64,000 bases of DNA. Origin: Tubiluchus corallicola (Eukaryota > Animalia > Priapulida). Of the stretch, positions 46,576-59,835 are shown piece after piece. Position 1 is the first letter of the stretch. The number at the start of each line of letters is the position of its first letter. The stretch spans positions 124,001 through 188,000 of the forward strand of contig JAQGDQ010000446.1 in assembly GCA_030141605.1 (NCBI GenBank). The letters run 5' to 3'. The notes under the pieces are model-generated. The model was not told the origin of the DNA, did no database searches, and saw nothing but the letters and a program-made list of their open reading frames with translations. A program made the position numbers and the translations under genes.

Positions 46576-49500
46576 GATGCAAGTTTTAGCGTATCCAAGC
46601 AATTAATGAGCGGCAAATTCTAAAATTAGCAAAAAACTTTGCAAAGAGCTTGCATTAAACTCAGCAACAGATTATTAATTTCATTTCTATGCAGTTCTGA
46701 ATTAGCATGCCGGAACCCTCAAAAGCGGGAAAATTCTTAATGCGAAGAGTTTAGTAGGACTAGGATCAATTTGTGTAATCTCTAAGATAAGACACTAAAC
46801 AAGCACATACAGTACACCACCCCTCAAGAAAGAGAGTAACCAAGGGTTTCACAGCAAATGAAACCATATATACAGACACAATTTTCAAGATGGTCGCTCG
46901 TCCACTTACTGATCAGACTCAATGTTGCATTTATGATACGTTTTACATATTAAAATACTAATTACAGAAGTAATAAGCTTCTTTTATGCAAGCACGCAAA
47001 ACTGCGGTAACAATGAGATTGAGACAGTGTCCACAAATTTTTTTTAACATTTAATGCTCTTTCCACAAATGAAGTTAAACAATGCTGAGGCTGGTTAATA
47101 ACTGGATAAGCGGCTGCTAGAGAAAAATCGCTTCTGTTCAGCATCGTTACACTGCTCCTGGCCATGTCTCTCTCTGAGGGAAGATGCAATCTTAGCTAAG
47201 ACACCTCTACCAGCTCAGGATATTGGTTCCAAAGATTTTTTTACATCTCATTAAAAACACTAATAAATTTATTATGCACATAAATTTTTCGTAAAAAGCA
47301 TAAGAGATGTACACTAATCTTAAAAATATCATTGTTCAACTCTCATGAAGGTAGTTACTATCAGATGATAACATGATCTTTTATAAATAGAAGACAAGAC
47401 GAATCTGACAGTGTCCACAATATCATGCTGCTGTGGTTTACAGTGTCTCTATGCACTTTCTACAAAAATCATGGGCCGTGAACAGGCTCAGCGACTATTT
47501 ATTTTACGGGTTTCCTGTTCAAAAGTAAACAATACAATGGGCAGTTCCTCGCCTTCTGCGAGATGTGGAGAACCCACAATTCATTTTCTGAAAGGGACTT
47601 CGCGGGATCCAGAGGACGGCTATCAGACGGGGTATTAATGCACAGCGTAACGTTTTGTAATGACCACGCCCCTACAACAACTCTGAAATTGTATTCATAT
47701 TTTCACTGAAGTTCCTAAAAATTGTTCCATAAATACTTAAGATAACTTAACAACAACCTTCGAACTTTGCACCAAGCGGTCAGTCACTATTTAGTGGTGG
47801 CAATACGGGAATGCTTATTTTTTTCTTTTTTACAGATCGCCCCAAATAAGACCAACTTCCACTCTTGGTAAGCCGGGTCGCCGAACTCGTTTAAAGCAAA
47901 ACCGGGTACAATCTTAATAAGGTAAGTCAAAACAACCTACTCTTTAAAATATTGAAAGGAAACGTGCTATTTTTTTCAAAAATGACCACACAAACACAAT
48001 TTCATGTTCACGCCACTAGTTCTTCACTGTTACATGAATTTCGGCACTGGCAGCTGCATTTCAGAAGCGCATTTACCTCTCAATTCAGATATGTTAGTTT
48101 GTGATGAACTGCACACATTCGACAGCTCATGTGTGAGCACAGTTGTAACATGTGCAAAATACTCATAGAATATTTTTGGTGTTGGAAATTAAATTATATT
48201 AGTTGGTGGTGTCATCAATTGCTGGGCTCACCCGCCCGTTAAATACGATTTTAATCCATTATTTAATTATGTTGTCGGTGACGCGCAACAACTCGTTTAG
48301 ACAATATTTTAAATATTGCAAACGATTAATGTCAATTTCTATCCTTTATTTGAACAGGAAACCGTGGAGTGCTCTAATAAGGATAAAGGCTCTGTGTCTA
48401 CAATAGATGTTTAGAGATACGGAGGAAGGAGAAGAAGGTAGTACATGCAAACTCATCCTGTCTTCCTTTAAGATTTAATTAATCTATTGTCCAGAAAAAT
48501 GGAAATCAAATATTTAATTTGCCAAAGTATGCCTTATTTTTTCGCTCGTAAATTCGACGAATTTTTCAACGGTGTTAAGTATAGGCCTACCTCAGAAAGC
48601 AAGGAAAAATACTTTCAATAACAGTTCATTTCAATAAACTTTGCATCAGGCTATCTCAAGACTTTTAACAAGAAAAACAAAACATTACGCATCACTTTTA
48701 GCATTGGCAAACTGTTACCCTGATGGTGACATAAACTAATATGACTACGTTTGTTCTGTACGTAATAACAGAGCTTAATATAACACCACAGACTATATAA
48801 ATAATTATGCTGATGATGGTTCCATTATGCAACGGCCAAGGCAAGTCTTTGGTACAAGCACAGATTTAGATGCGCGTGCGCAGAGGGAGTATGCTAACCC
48901 AACAATACTGTCAATACAAGTCATTTTCATCAAATTTAAATGATAAGACGATTACTGGAATAACCAACGGCCAAAGATCTTATACGATAAAATTTGTGAC
49001 GCTATTATTGGGAATTTGAATTCTTATCTGGCATTCTCACTGAATCGCCAATTAAAGTAGGACCTGACCATATAAATTTTGTTGTCGCCATCCAAGACAC
49101 AGTGACACAATTGTTTCTCTCCTTTTCGTTACATTAGTTTTGTTCCCTTATTGAATCGTGGGATCCATGCTTGTAGCTGTTTTTGCATGCACTTGATAAT
49201 TATACTATGCTCTATTCTGCACGGGTTCTTTATTTTACATTGTGTGCATTCCCTTTGTGATTATGTATGTTATATATAATTATAATAATCGAAAGACAAA
49301 TATATAATCGTTATTAACCAATGAAATCGATATTTATAAGTATAACGCAACATGCGAATAAAATTCACAACGATTATTAGAGGCAAAAGCAGACAGTGCA
49401 GCCTAAAATCTGCTGTGCACCGATTTTGAATTCAACAAAAAAAAACGCAACCTGTAATTCAAACTGTACACAATATGCACATGCAATTAAGAACACGTAC

Positions 49501-50330
49501 AGGTAAGTAAAATTTGTGCTGGAATATATGATGTTATATATAAATTTATGTAGGTGTGCCGATAATAAGCCAAAATATTATGCAACTAAAATTCCCAGAC
49601 GTATGTTGACATTAATTTTGTGGCCTACGTATTAAAGCAATTTAACTTGTAACTCATATTAATTACCATAGTCTATAAGCTTTCTACATGAGAAACATTC
49701 AAAGAAACGTGTTACATATTAGAATAGTGGATTAGTACAATGGTTATATACGTTGCAGAATGTGGAGTATTAAATTTAATTAAAATTTATTCATTCTGTT
49801 AATGTGCTAACAAAAACGAGAAATCTTCACTTGAATAAATGCCTTCGGGTTTTATTGAAAGAGTGTCATTTTTCAAGGAACTTAAACATTAATGATCATC
49901 TTTTCCTCACTCCCTCGATTTCCTTTGATGTGTTCTCCTTCGTTTTCTCCTTTTTTCTTTCTACTTTCTTTTCACTTTCCTTCCTCTCCAGCGATCTTTC
50001 AGTGACAATTTTTATTCTTGCGGACACGTACGACACCGTGCGTGGTACAGGCCATAGTAATTACATTCCTCGTGTGGTAACCCAGATTAAATTTGATAAG
50101 CTTACACGTATTATTATTATAATTTTACTTGTAATCGCTACATCGAATTTTTAAATTAGCATAATTAGTCGTAGGTTTTCACACATCGCATTTTTTAATG
50201 GTTTTACTCTTATGTATGTCAAATACAAAAGAATTTTTATTTACCAGATTTAGTTAGTGCTAGACAACTTATAGGCCTTATGTATAGGTCTTGAACGTGC
50301 AGCGTCATTAGATCAAATTTTCATGCATAA

Positions 50331-50717
<387 letters not shown>

Positions 50718-50980
50718 ATTATTATTATGTCTGCGTTCTTAATACAATGCCACTTGAAGACGATAACGACGATTTATCTGAAAAGTAAGTCGTAAAAATG
50801 ACAAGATAAGGTAGTAAAACCAGAATGTCAAAATTAAACTAGGCCGCTTTTGTATTACAAAGAACCGTCATATTACTTCAGTTTCGACCGTCGTATTACA
50901 AGTCGGTCAAGCGTTAAATAATCTAATAAAATTGAAATCATTTCACTGTCGAGACGCGACTTTCACTGCAAGTTGTTGAC

Positions 50981-51137
50981 ATGGGCGAACTAACGAAAAC
51001 CCTGCTGCTTTTTGCTACGGTAACTATGAAACTTTATGTATATACGCTTGTATTTTGAAACTTCTCTCTCTTTCTCTCTCGCTTTCCCTCTCTTTCTCTC
51101 TCTCTGAACTTTCTCTTTCTCTTTCTCTCTCTCTCTA

Positions 51138-51175
<38 letters not shown>

Positions 51176-51209
51176 TCTCTCAACTTTCTCTCTCTCTCTC
51201 TCCTCTCTG

Positions 51210-51283
<74 letters not shown>

Positions 51284-52092
51284 AAACATGAATATTTGTA
51301 AAAATTTGAATGGTAATTGTTAGATTGAAAATTGACATTGTATAATAATCATTTTAAAAAATTCATTTTTATTTCGTAATTATAATAATCAAAATAAGAA
51401 ATTCAACGTGGAAAGTACAACAGAGCAGGAAAAAAGAACACTCAGAGAAAGATAACTATCCAGCAGTTTTGTTCTTGACTGCCCTTTTGGCAATAATATA
51501 GCTATAGCCCTCGTTTGTAGAGCTGCAAATTTCCTCATAATTTTTCCAGGCGTTAATTGGCATTGTGACGGGAGAAGGTTACGGATTTGTTGATGGCTAC
51601 GGCATAGGAAACAACGGGCCACCAGCTAGAGATTTTTCCAAAGGCTTATATGCAGAACGGGGCGGATATTCGCGTGACGGTTACGGAATTGGGAACAACG
51701 GGCCGCCTACTAAGGACTTTTCTAAAACGCTCCGGTTTCGTTCGGGACGTGGGCGTGATCAGGGATACGGCATAGGCATCAACGGGCCACCCACCCAAAA
51801 CTTTTCCAAAAATCTCTTCGTTTCCCAAGGCGGTTTCCGGGGAGATGGCTACGGTATTGGCACCAATGGACCACCTACAAAAAACTTCTCCAAAAAGCTG
51901 GGATTTCGATCTGGAAGTGGTTATGGTAATGACGGCTACGGATTAGGAAACAATGGGCCTCCCAATAAAAATTTTAACAAAAACCTGTTCGTTTCGCAAG
52001 GTGGATTTCAAAGAGACGGATACGGCCTGGGTACCAATGGGCCTCCCAATAAAGGCTTTGCAAACAAGTTGGGGCCCAATAGGCGAATATAG
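50981..52092 (+). CDS. Secreted Gly/Tyr/Asn/Pro-rich tandem-repeat protein, 193 aa, two exons (50981-51019, 51550-52092)
   Basis: Exon 1 MGELTKTLLLFAT|gtaact splices in phase 0 to tttttccag|ALIGIVTG forming a signal peptide; six ~28-aa repeats with GYG(I/L)GxNGPP; AATAAA at 52220. Confidence 0.85.
51061..51280. repeat. (CT)n microsatellite in the intron of the repeat-protein gene
   Basis: Direct inspection. Confidence 0.95.
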
Positions 52093-53579
52093 GTAATTAT
52101 AATAGATAAGTTATACAAACGCCTTACTTAAGCCAATGCCATGACTGCAGTTACATGTTTCTGAAATGTGTATTATATGTCCCTACAGGAGCACAGCAGC
52201 ATAATTATTGTAAATTCTAAATAAACTTTCTTCTATTTAACTTCTTTTGTTTCTAGCTTTAATTAGGTCCCAAATGTCAATTGTGTCATAGTGACAGTGT
52301 GCATTGTCTAGCTGTTAATGGAACGTAACTGCTAGTTTTTATGGTTATGACAGGCTGTCTAATGCTTATACGTGTATCATAAAGGTCAATGTATTCTTTG
52401 TTTATGATCTGATCAGGTCACCTTCTTAATAGTTACTTCAACGTTTCACAAAACTCTTGTTTGTAGTTTCCGAAATGCTAGAAAACGAAACCCGGGGTGA
52501 GTCTTCAGCGACCAAACATGCAAAAGAGTCAACTTCCGGGAATGAAAATGTTTTTGTTAACAGTAGCGACGGTGGGTTCGGTTTACAATCATTATCAGGC
52601 TGAATATAAAAGCAAATCTTCACTAACATTATCACAAAATATTAACAAAAGTCTTAAAGAAGGACAGGATGATATTTCATATACTACCCCATTTTCAAGC
52701 CCGTTAAAAAGTACGCATTTTAACACAACTGATACTGCAAAAGCGTTTCTGATTATTAGATAATAGACTAAAAACTTTAGCATTAAATAATTTTTAGCAG
52801 CAGAAATATTCCACGAGCGTGTTGCACATGTTTGTGAAACAGAATATTGAAACACAGTGCTACTGTAAGATATTCAGTGTGTTGTACTTGAAACTAGGCA
52901 AGTTTCAAGATAAAAATTCAAATTTCAAATTTACCGCCGTGCTCACGCATTAGCTGTCGAACGTGTGTAAGCTTGGGTTGGGTTTTGCTTTAAAAAACTC
53001 TGGAGAAATAACGAAGTCAGTGCTAGATACAATGGTAGATTAAATCAGGTACAGCAGGTATAGCTGTTAAGCAAAGAAATCGTGTAAAACATGGAAAAAT
53101 TGATTTCTCTATTTAATAGTTACTGTGCTATACCGAATTTCATGCAGTACTGATATACTTATTTCTGTAATGTTTTAGGCATTTTGTAACTTAACTTTTT
53201 GTCATAATGTTACTGAAGATTGCCTTTCGCTCTTATTTTCAAAATTGCAACCAAAACGAATGACGCCGCTGTTAATGTCGTCAATAATTGTTAATGACGA
53301 TAATGTTAATTGATAATGTTTTGTATGGTGATTTCATGATTTTATGTAAAACTAGTGACAGGAGTGAACTATAAGCATTGTTGAGCCTGACGAGTAGCAG
53401 GATGGATGATTGCTGGGAAGTTTTGAGAAATTTCGTTTGTCATACTCATCGAAACGTGGTTAAGACACCTCGACGGGTTTTTAATATAATCCTAGAGGAT
53501 TTTCATTTAATAATGGGATAATTATTGAGTGCTAAAACCCTGTTTGCAGATTGCTACATTGTATAAAGTACGTACTGAC

Positions 53580-53944
53580 TAGGGGTGAGCATTCTCTACC
53601 AAAAAGCGAATTAGAATCGAACCGGATTTGTGACTTTCGAATTCGAATTGAGATTGAACGATTTTCGAACAAGTTTTCGAACCACCAGTAAAAATTAGTC
53701 TTACAAAGATCATGTGTATCACTAGATTTTGTTCTGCAATAAAACGACTAGTAATTTGTTTAAAATTGTGCACAGAAATCACTGCTAAATTACGCTAATT
53801 GCATGATGTTTCAATCGTTATAGTGATCAGGAACATATGTGATTGAAGTGCTGAATTATTCGAATCTATAGTTTTGGATTCGAATCGAGTTCGAACTATA
53901 AAAACTCGTTCGAATCGAACTCGAACGTTCGATGCTCACCCCTA
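53580..53944. mobile_element. hAT-type MITE
   Basis: TIR taggggtgagcat / atgctcaccccta; perfect 8-bp TSD gtactgac; many subterminal tcgaa motifs. Confidence 0.85.
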
Positions 53945-54599
53945 GTACTGACACGTTATAGATAATTATGACATATTTATAAGAATGCCTACCATGACAG
54001 AATTCCGCTTTGTAAATAGTGTAAAAATGTAAATTAATAAGTTTGTGTTAAATTCACGATTCAGATTGTTGTCGTATGCTTGTTATACGTTATTTGAAGG
54101 TTTTGTTCAAATATTTTTACTTTTTATCAGTTACAATTTATCCGGTTGTTTTGTCTTTTTCGTTCCCGACTGAAATTTGTTTGTACGTCTTGCGGGTACA
54201 TATTGCTTTTAGGATGGGCAAAAAAAACACTGGCCCAGAAAAATATTGCGTATTATGGTGAACAGAAATATCAGGGCAAAGACAATGTTTAATGGCATTC
54301 ATCGGTCCAATTTAACACAATCTCTTTGAAGCTGCTTCGTTTTTGTTACTATACTTAATTTAGATTGACGTTTCGTGCACTTTGCCTGAGGCTATTCTTG
54401 CTTTTAGTTTTGAATAACATTTTCAACAAAAACCAGTGGCTGTACAATATAATTATAATGGGGTAATGATAGGATTTACTTACACCAGTTTTAACATTTT
54501 GCTTCCAAGTAGTAACATGTATTGTAGACACATTGCAGGCAATGTAGTCTAAACAATTTATTTTCATCAGCACCGGTCAGCTAGAAATGTCCCCTGTAA

Positions 54600-55680
54600 A
54601 GCTCATTTCACACTGAGAACACGCGGCAAATTGCCTCGAGGAGAAATTCCTTGCGGCATTCTTCACGAAAATGGAACACATTGTTTTCTATGGTGCAATC
54701 CTTCGTGAGCAATTCTGTTGCCTGATAGAAGCTATGCGTCCTCCTCGTGAGGAATTTTGCCGCATGGCAGAAACACTGCATGTTCCAGTTTCGTGAGGAA
54801 TCCTCGCAGTAAACAGTCTTATTAAATTTAACTACTCTGTTACTTGTTTATTATTTAACGAACAACAATTAACACATTTCAGCATAAAATCATAAGATTC
54901 AATCTTTCTTTTAACAGACTAACGATAAAAGTTTTATAACTGTAACATCGGTGGCAATATTCGTGAAAAAGGAAAAATGACGCCCGCATAGTGGTTAGCA
55001 CAGCTTTACTAAAAACAAACCGGTCTAACAGTACACTGACTAGCTTCATTAAATGTACTTTGTATATGAGAAATAGGGCAAATATGACTTGATATAGACA
55101 AGGTTGTAAAGTATAAAACACACAAAGAGTAAAATTAATTTGGTTGTATAGTGGATATTGCGTTGTATTGGTTGTGTATAGCTGCTTATTGAAGCTTGAG
55201 GAATGGCAAAGCTATGAAAAGTCTGATTATAAAATGACACGTTCATTAAACATCAACATAATAGATATAATAGATAGCAATGCCAACAGCCCCTGATCTG
55301 TACGCTCCGGCACCCAGACTCAATCTGAGACTAATTTTCCCAGCTGGAGGCCTCGCACACTTTATATATCGTGCGCGGTGTCCCGACACCTCAATTCCTA
55401 GATCACGTAATCACGTGACACCACTCCTCCTTAACTGGCTTCATCATACCAGCATCTATCGACATAATTATTTATCATAATCTACTGCTTTTAACATAAT
55501 TTAACAGGTTCTCTTTACTCAAAGCAGCTGCAGCTAACTGGACACGCGGAAAAAACGCGCAGTTTTTCTATGAAATGAACTTCCTTGCTGCATCGAATAT
55601 CGAAAAAAGGTTTTTCTGATTCTCTGACAGCAATTTCGTGCGTCATTTTCCCCCTTTCTGTCCTCCCTGTGAAATGGGCC
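54600..55680. mobile_element. PIF/Harbinger-like non-autonomous element
   Basis: TIR agctcatttcaca / tgtgaaatgggcc with taa/tta flanks. Confidence 0.55.
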
Positions 55681-56257
55681 TTAGGATCAACGAGGGTCTA
55701 AAAAACGTTGAGCTGCGAAATGCAAGATTAGCTAGCAACCTGAAGCGAGCAACGAGTCATAAAAAGCTCTAGGGTATATGAACTAATGTCATTAACGTGA
55801 ATAAACGTAACATAAATAAAAGCGAAATCATAACTATGATATCAATATCCAATATCCAGGTCAGTAAGTGCAGTTCTGAGAAAGTGTGTCAAGCTCTGAC
55901 GACTCATAAAATTTTGTAATTTATATTCAACGCCATTGTAAATATAGTGTGAGTTGTCTGCATGCACACGTACAGTCAAAGGGGAGGAACATCGGATTTT
56001 ACAGTAGACGCCAAAAAACTTTGAATATAAGTTATATTACTAAGTTATATTACACTTACTTGTTTGAAAGACATACGTAAGTAAAAAAAGAAAATTCTCA
56101 ATGTTTGCACCAACTGGTAAAACGTCTGTGTTCCGCTATCCCAAGTTGCACAAAGAAAAACGTGACTGGTTCACCAAAGATTATGTGTTAGGCCTACATG
56201 TACTAATCTTATTGACAAAACAAAGTAATTGATGCTTTTATTTAGTTAGTGGAGTGT

Positions 56258-58236
56258 GGATCTACACTGTGATCAAAGGAATAGGATCTACACTGTGATC
56301 AAAGGAATAGGATCTGCACTGTGATCAAAGGAATAGGATCTACACTGTGATCAAAGGAATAGGACCTACACTGTGATCAAAGGAATAGGATCTGCACTGT
56401 GAACAAAGGAATAGGATCTACACTGTGATCAAAGGAATAGCATCTGCACTGTGATCAAAGGAATAGGATCTACACTGTGATCAAAGGAATAGGATCTACA
56501 CTGTGGTGAAAGGAATAGGATCTGCACTGTGATCAAAGGAAAAGGATCTACACTGTGAACAAAGGAATAGGATCTACACTGTGATCAAAGGAATAGGGTC
56601 TACACTGTGATCAAAGGAATAGGATCTACACTGTGATCAAAGGAATAGGACCTACACTGTGATCAAAGGAATAGGATCTACACTGTGATCAAGAGAATAG
56701 GACCTACACCGTGATCAAAGGCATAGGATCTACACTGTGATCAAAGGCATAGGACCTACACTGTGATCAAAGGAATGGGATCTACACTGTGAACAAAGGA
56801 ATAGGATCTACACTGTGATCAAAGGAAAAGGATCTACACTGTGAACAAAGGAATAGGATCTACACTGTGATCAAAGACATAGGACCTACACTGTGAACAA
56901 AGGAGTAGGACCTACACTGTGATCAAAGGAATAGGATCTACACTGTGATCAAAGGAATAGGATCTACACTGTGATCAAAGGAATAGGATCTACACTGTGA
57001 TCAAAGGAATAGGATCTACACTGTGATCAAAGGAATAGGACCTATATTGCGATCAAAGGAATAGGATCTACACTGTGATCAAAGGAATAGGACCTACACT
57101 GTGAACAAAGGAATAGGACCTACACTGTGATCAAAGGAATAGGACCTATATTGCGATCAAAGGAATAGGACCTATATTGCGATCAAAGGAATAGGACCTA
57201 CACTGTGATCAAAGGAATAGGACCTACACTGTGATCAAGAGAATAGGATCTACACTGTGATCAAAGGAATAGGACCTATATTGCGATCAAAGGAATAGGA
57301 TCTACACTGTGATCAAAGGAATAGGACCTATATTGCGATCAAAGGAATAGGACCTACACTGTGAACAAAGGAATAGGATCTACACTGTGATCAAAGGAAT
57401 AGGATCTACACTGTGATCAAAGGAATAGGACCTACACTGTGAACAAAGGAATAGGACCTACACTGTGATCAAAGGAATAGGACCTACACTGTGATCAAAG
57501 GAATAGGACCTACACTGTGATCAAAGGAATAGGATCTACACTGTGATCAAAGGAATAGGACCTACACTGTGATCAAAGGAATAGGACCTACACTGTGAAC
57601 AAAGGCATAGGATCTACACTGTGATCAAAGGAATAAGACCTACACTGTGATCAAAGGAATAGGATCTACACTGTGAACAAAGGAATAGGACCTACACTGT
57701 GATCAAAGGAATAGGATCTACACTGTGATCAAAGGAATAGGACCTATATTGCGATCAAAGGAATAGGACCTACACTGTGATCAAGAGAAAAGGACCTACA
57801 CTGTGATCAAAGGAATAGGACCTACACTGTGATCAAAGGAATAGGACCTATATTGCGATCAAAGGAATAGGACCTATATTGCGATCAAAGGAATAGGACC
57901 TACACTGTGATCAAAGGAATAGGACCTACACTGTGATCAAGAGAATAGGATCTACACTGTGATCAAAGGAATAGGACCTATATTGCGATCAAAGGAATAG
58001 GATCTACACTGTGATCAAAGGAATAGGACCTATATTGCGATCAAAGGAATAGGACCTACACTGTGAACAAAGGAATAGGATCTACACTGTGATCAAAGGA
58101 ATAGGACCTACACTGTGATCAAAGGAATAGGACCTACACTGTGAACAAAGGAATAGGACCTACACTGTGATCAAAGGAATAGGACCTACACTGTGATCAA
58201 AGGAATAGGACCTACACTGTGATCAAAGGAATAGGA
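56258..58236. repeat. 26-bp satellite (ggatctacactgtgatcaaaggaata), ~76 copies
   Basis: Direct inspection; variant units with ctatattgcg recur in blocks. Confidence 0.97.
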
Positions 58237-58771
58237 CATGCATTGATGAAAAGAACAGGTCTCTGGATTAAATTCTCTGTCAGATAATGTTCAATTAACC
58301 AGCTTTCAATCACTTTTGTTTAAAAATAAACTCCCAAAAAGTCTCCTTATACAGTTCAGCAATCTGCGCTCACTGGCTGGCCATACTTAATGTGGATGGT
58401 TGTGGCTGGACAGGAATCTTGCACATGATCACAGCTGCTCTTCTAAGATGTCTGAAATCCTGAACCAGCAAAGGATGTCTCGACTACAGGTTCTGATGTA
58501 AATACATACTCACTCAATGAGGAAACCCGCCAAACTTAGTGTTGTGAAAGAAACAACGTAGAGTGAATACTGAACTCAGCAGTCACCCAGTTTTTTACCA
58601 GCCAGTCTCAGTTTGCCTTAACTTTGTATGCTAAACACGAACTGACCACTATCCTCTCCACCATGATACATTCAGTTTTCATGGTTTCCTTTCTTGATTA
58701 CATGTATAATAAAAGTAGAACTGTCGTTTTGAGACAAAGGTGAAAAATACCAACACAGAGTACAGCTTTAA

Positions 58772-59261
58772 CCCGTTCAGTCCAAATTATTTTTTAATAA
58801 GAAAAAATTTTTTGGCTTGGTACTTTTGTTCAGTGTGTCCATCTTGTTTACACATAATAATTATTTTTTTCTACCTGTGCCCGTGTGCTAAATATAGCCT
58901 GTATCCCACGGTATACATTGCGATTCAAAGGTTGCTAAACATGACTTTTTTAAAAACACAACAAAAGTACAAAATGTGCTTCATTTTGCAACTGCTGATA
59001 ATTTTTTAAAGTATTTAAGACATTTAGTATGCACGCTATGCTGATCTGTACAAAGTCGTCTCTAAAGTACTGTACCTTGCGCAGTTTTTTATGCTATGTA
59101 GATTTTCTAGTTTGCCATTTTATCACCATTTTAGTTTCTTGTTATTGGCTTAAATCAAAATAACTATTAACAGATCAAATAACTGTCAGTTTTAAAATTT
59201 TACTAATTTTAAAGGCAGAAAATATTCTCGTATCCCACGGGATACAACGGGTATGAAAGGG
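58772..59261 (-). mobile_element. piggyBac-type MITE, copy 5
   Basis: TTAA flanks. Confidence 0.8.
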
Positions 59262-59404
59262 TTAATGAAATTACCAGCTAAGTGGTGCTTTTTGTGGTGC
59301 TTAACACATTGCATTAGTTTCCAAACTCCACATTAGAAGACGGACACCCAATAAGACGCATTGAGACTAAAAGAAATAAGTAAAACTCGAATTTCATACT
59401 GCTT

Positions 59405-59835
59405 CTTACATGTGTTCTATGTTGTTTGTTAACTACATTAACTTACACGTGTTCTATGTTGTTTGTTAACTACATTAACTTACACGTGTTCTATGTTGTT
59501 TGTTAACTACATTAACTTACATGTGTTCTATGTTGTTTGTTAACTACATTAACTCACATGTGTTCTATGTTGTTTGTTAACTACATTAACTTACATGTGT
59601 TCTATGTTGTTTGTTAACTACATTAACTTACATGTGTTCTATGTTGTTTGTTAACTACATTAACTTACATGTGTTCTATGTTGTTTGTTAACTACATTAA
59701 CTCACATGTGTTCTATGTTGCTTGTTAACTACATTAACTTACATGTGTTCTATGTTGTTTGTTAACTACATTAACTTACATGTGTTCTATGTTGTTTGTT
59801 AACTACATTAACTACACATGTGTTCTATGTTGTTA
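59405..59835. repeat. 37-bp minisatellite (tgtgttctatgttgtttgttaactacattaacttaca)
   Basis: ~11 tandem copies. Confidence 0.93.

Noticed and set aside
56258-58236. CRISPR-like appearance of short regular repeats (also 21192-22044, 26968-29260)
   Set aside because: Head-to-tail units without unique spacers, eukaryotic context, no cas genes
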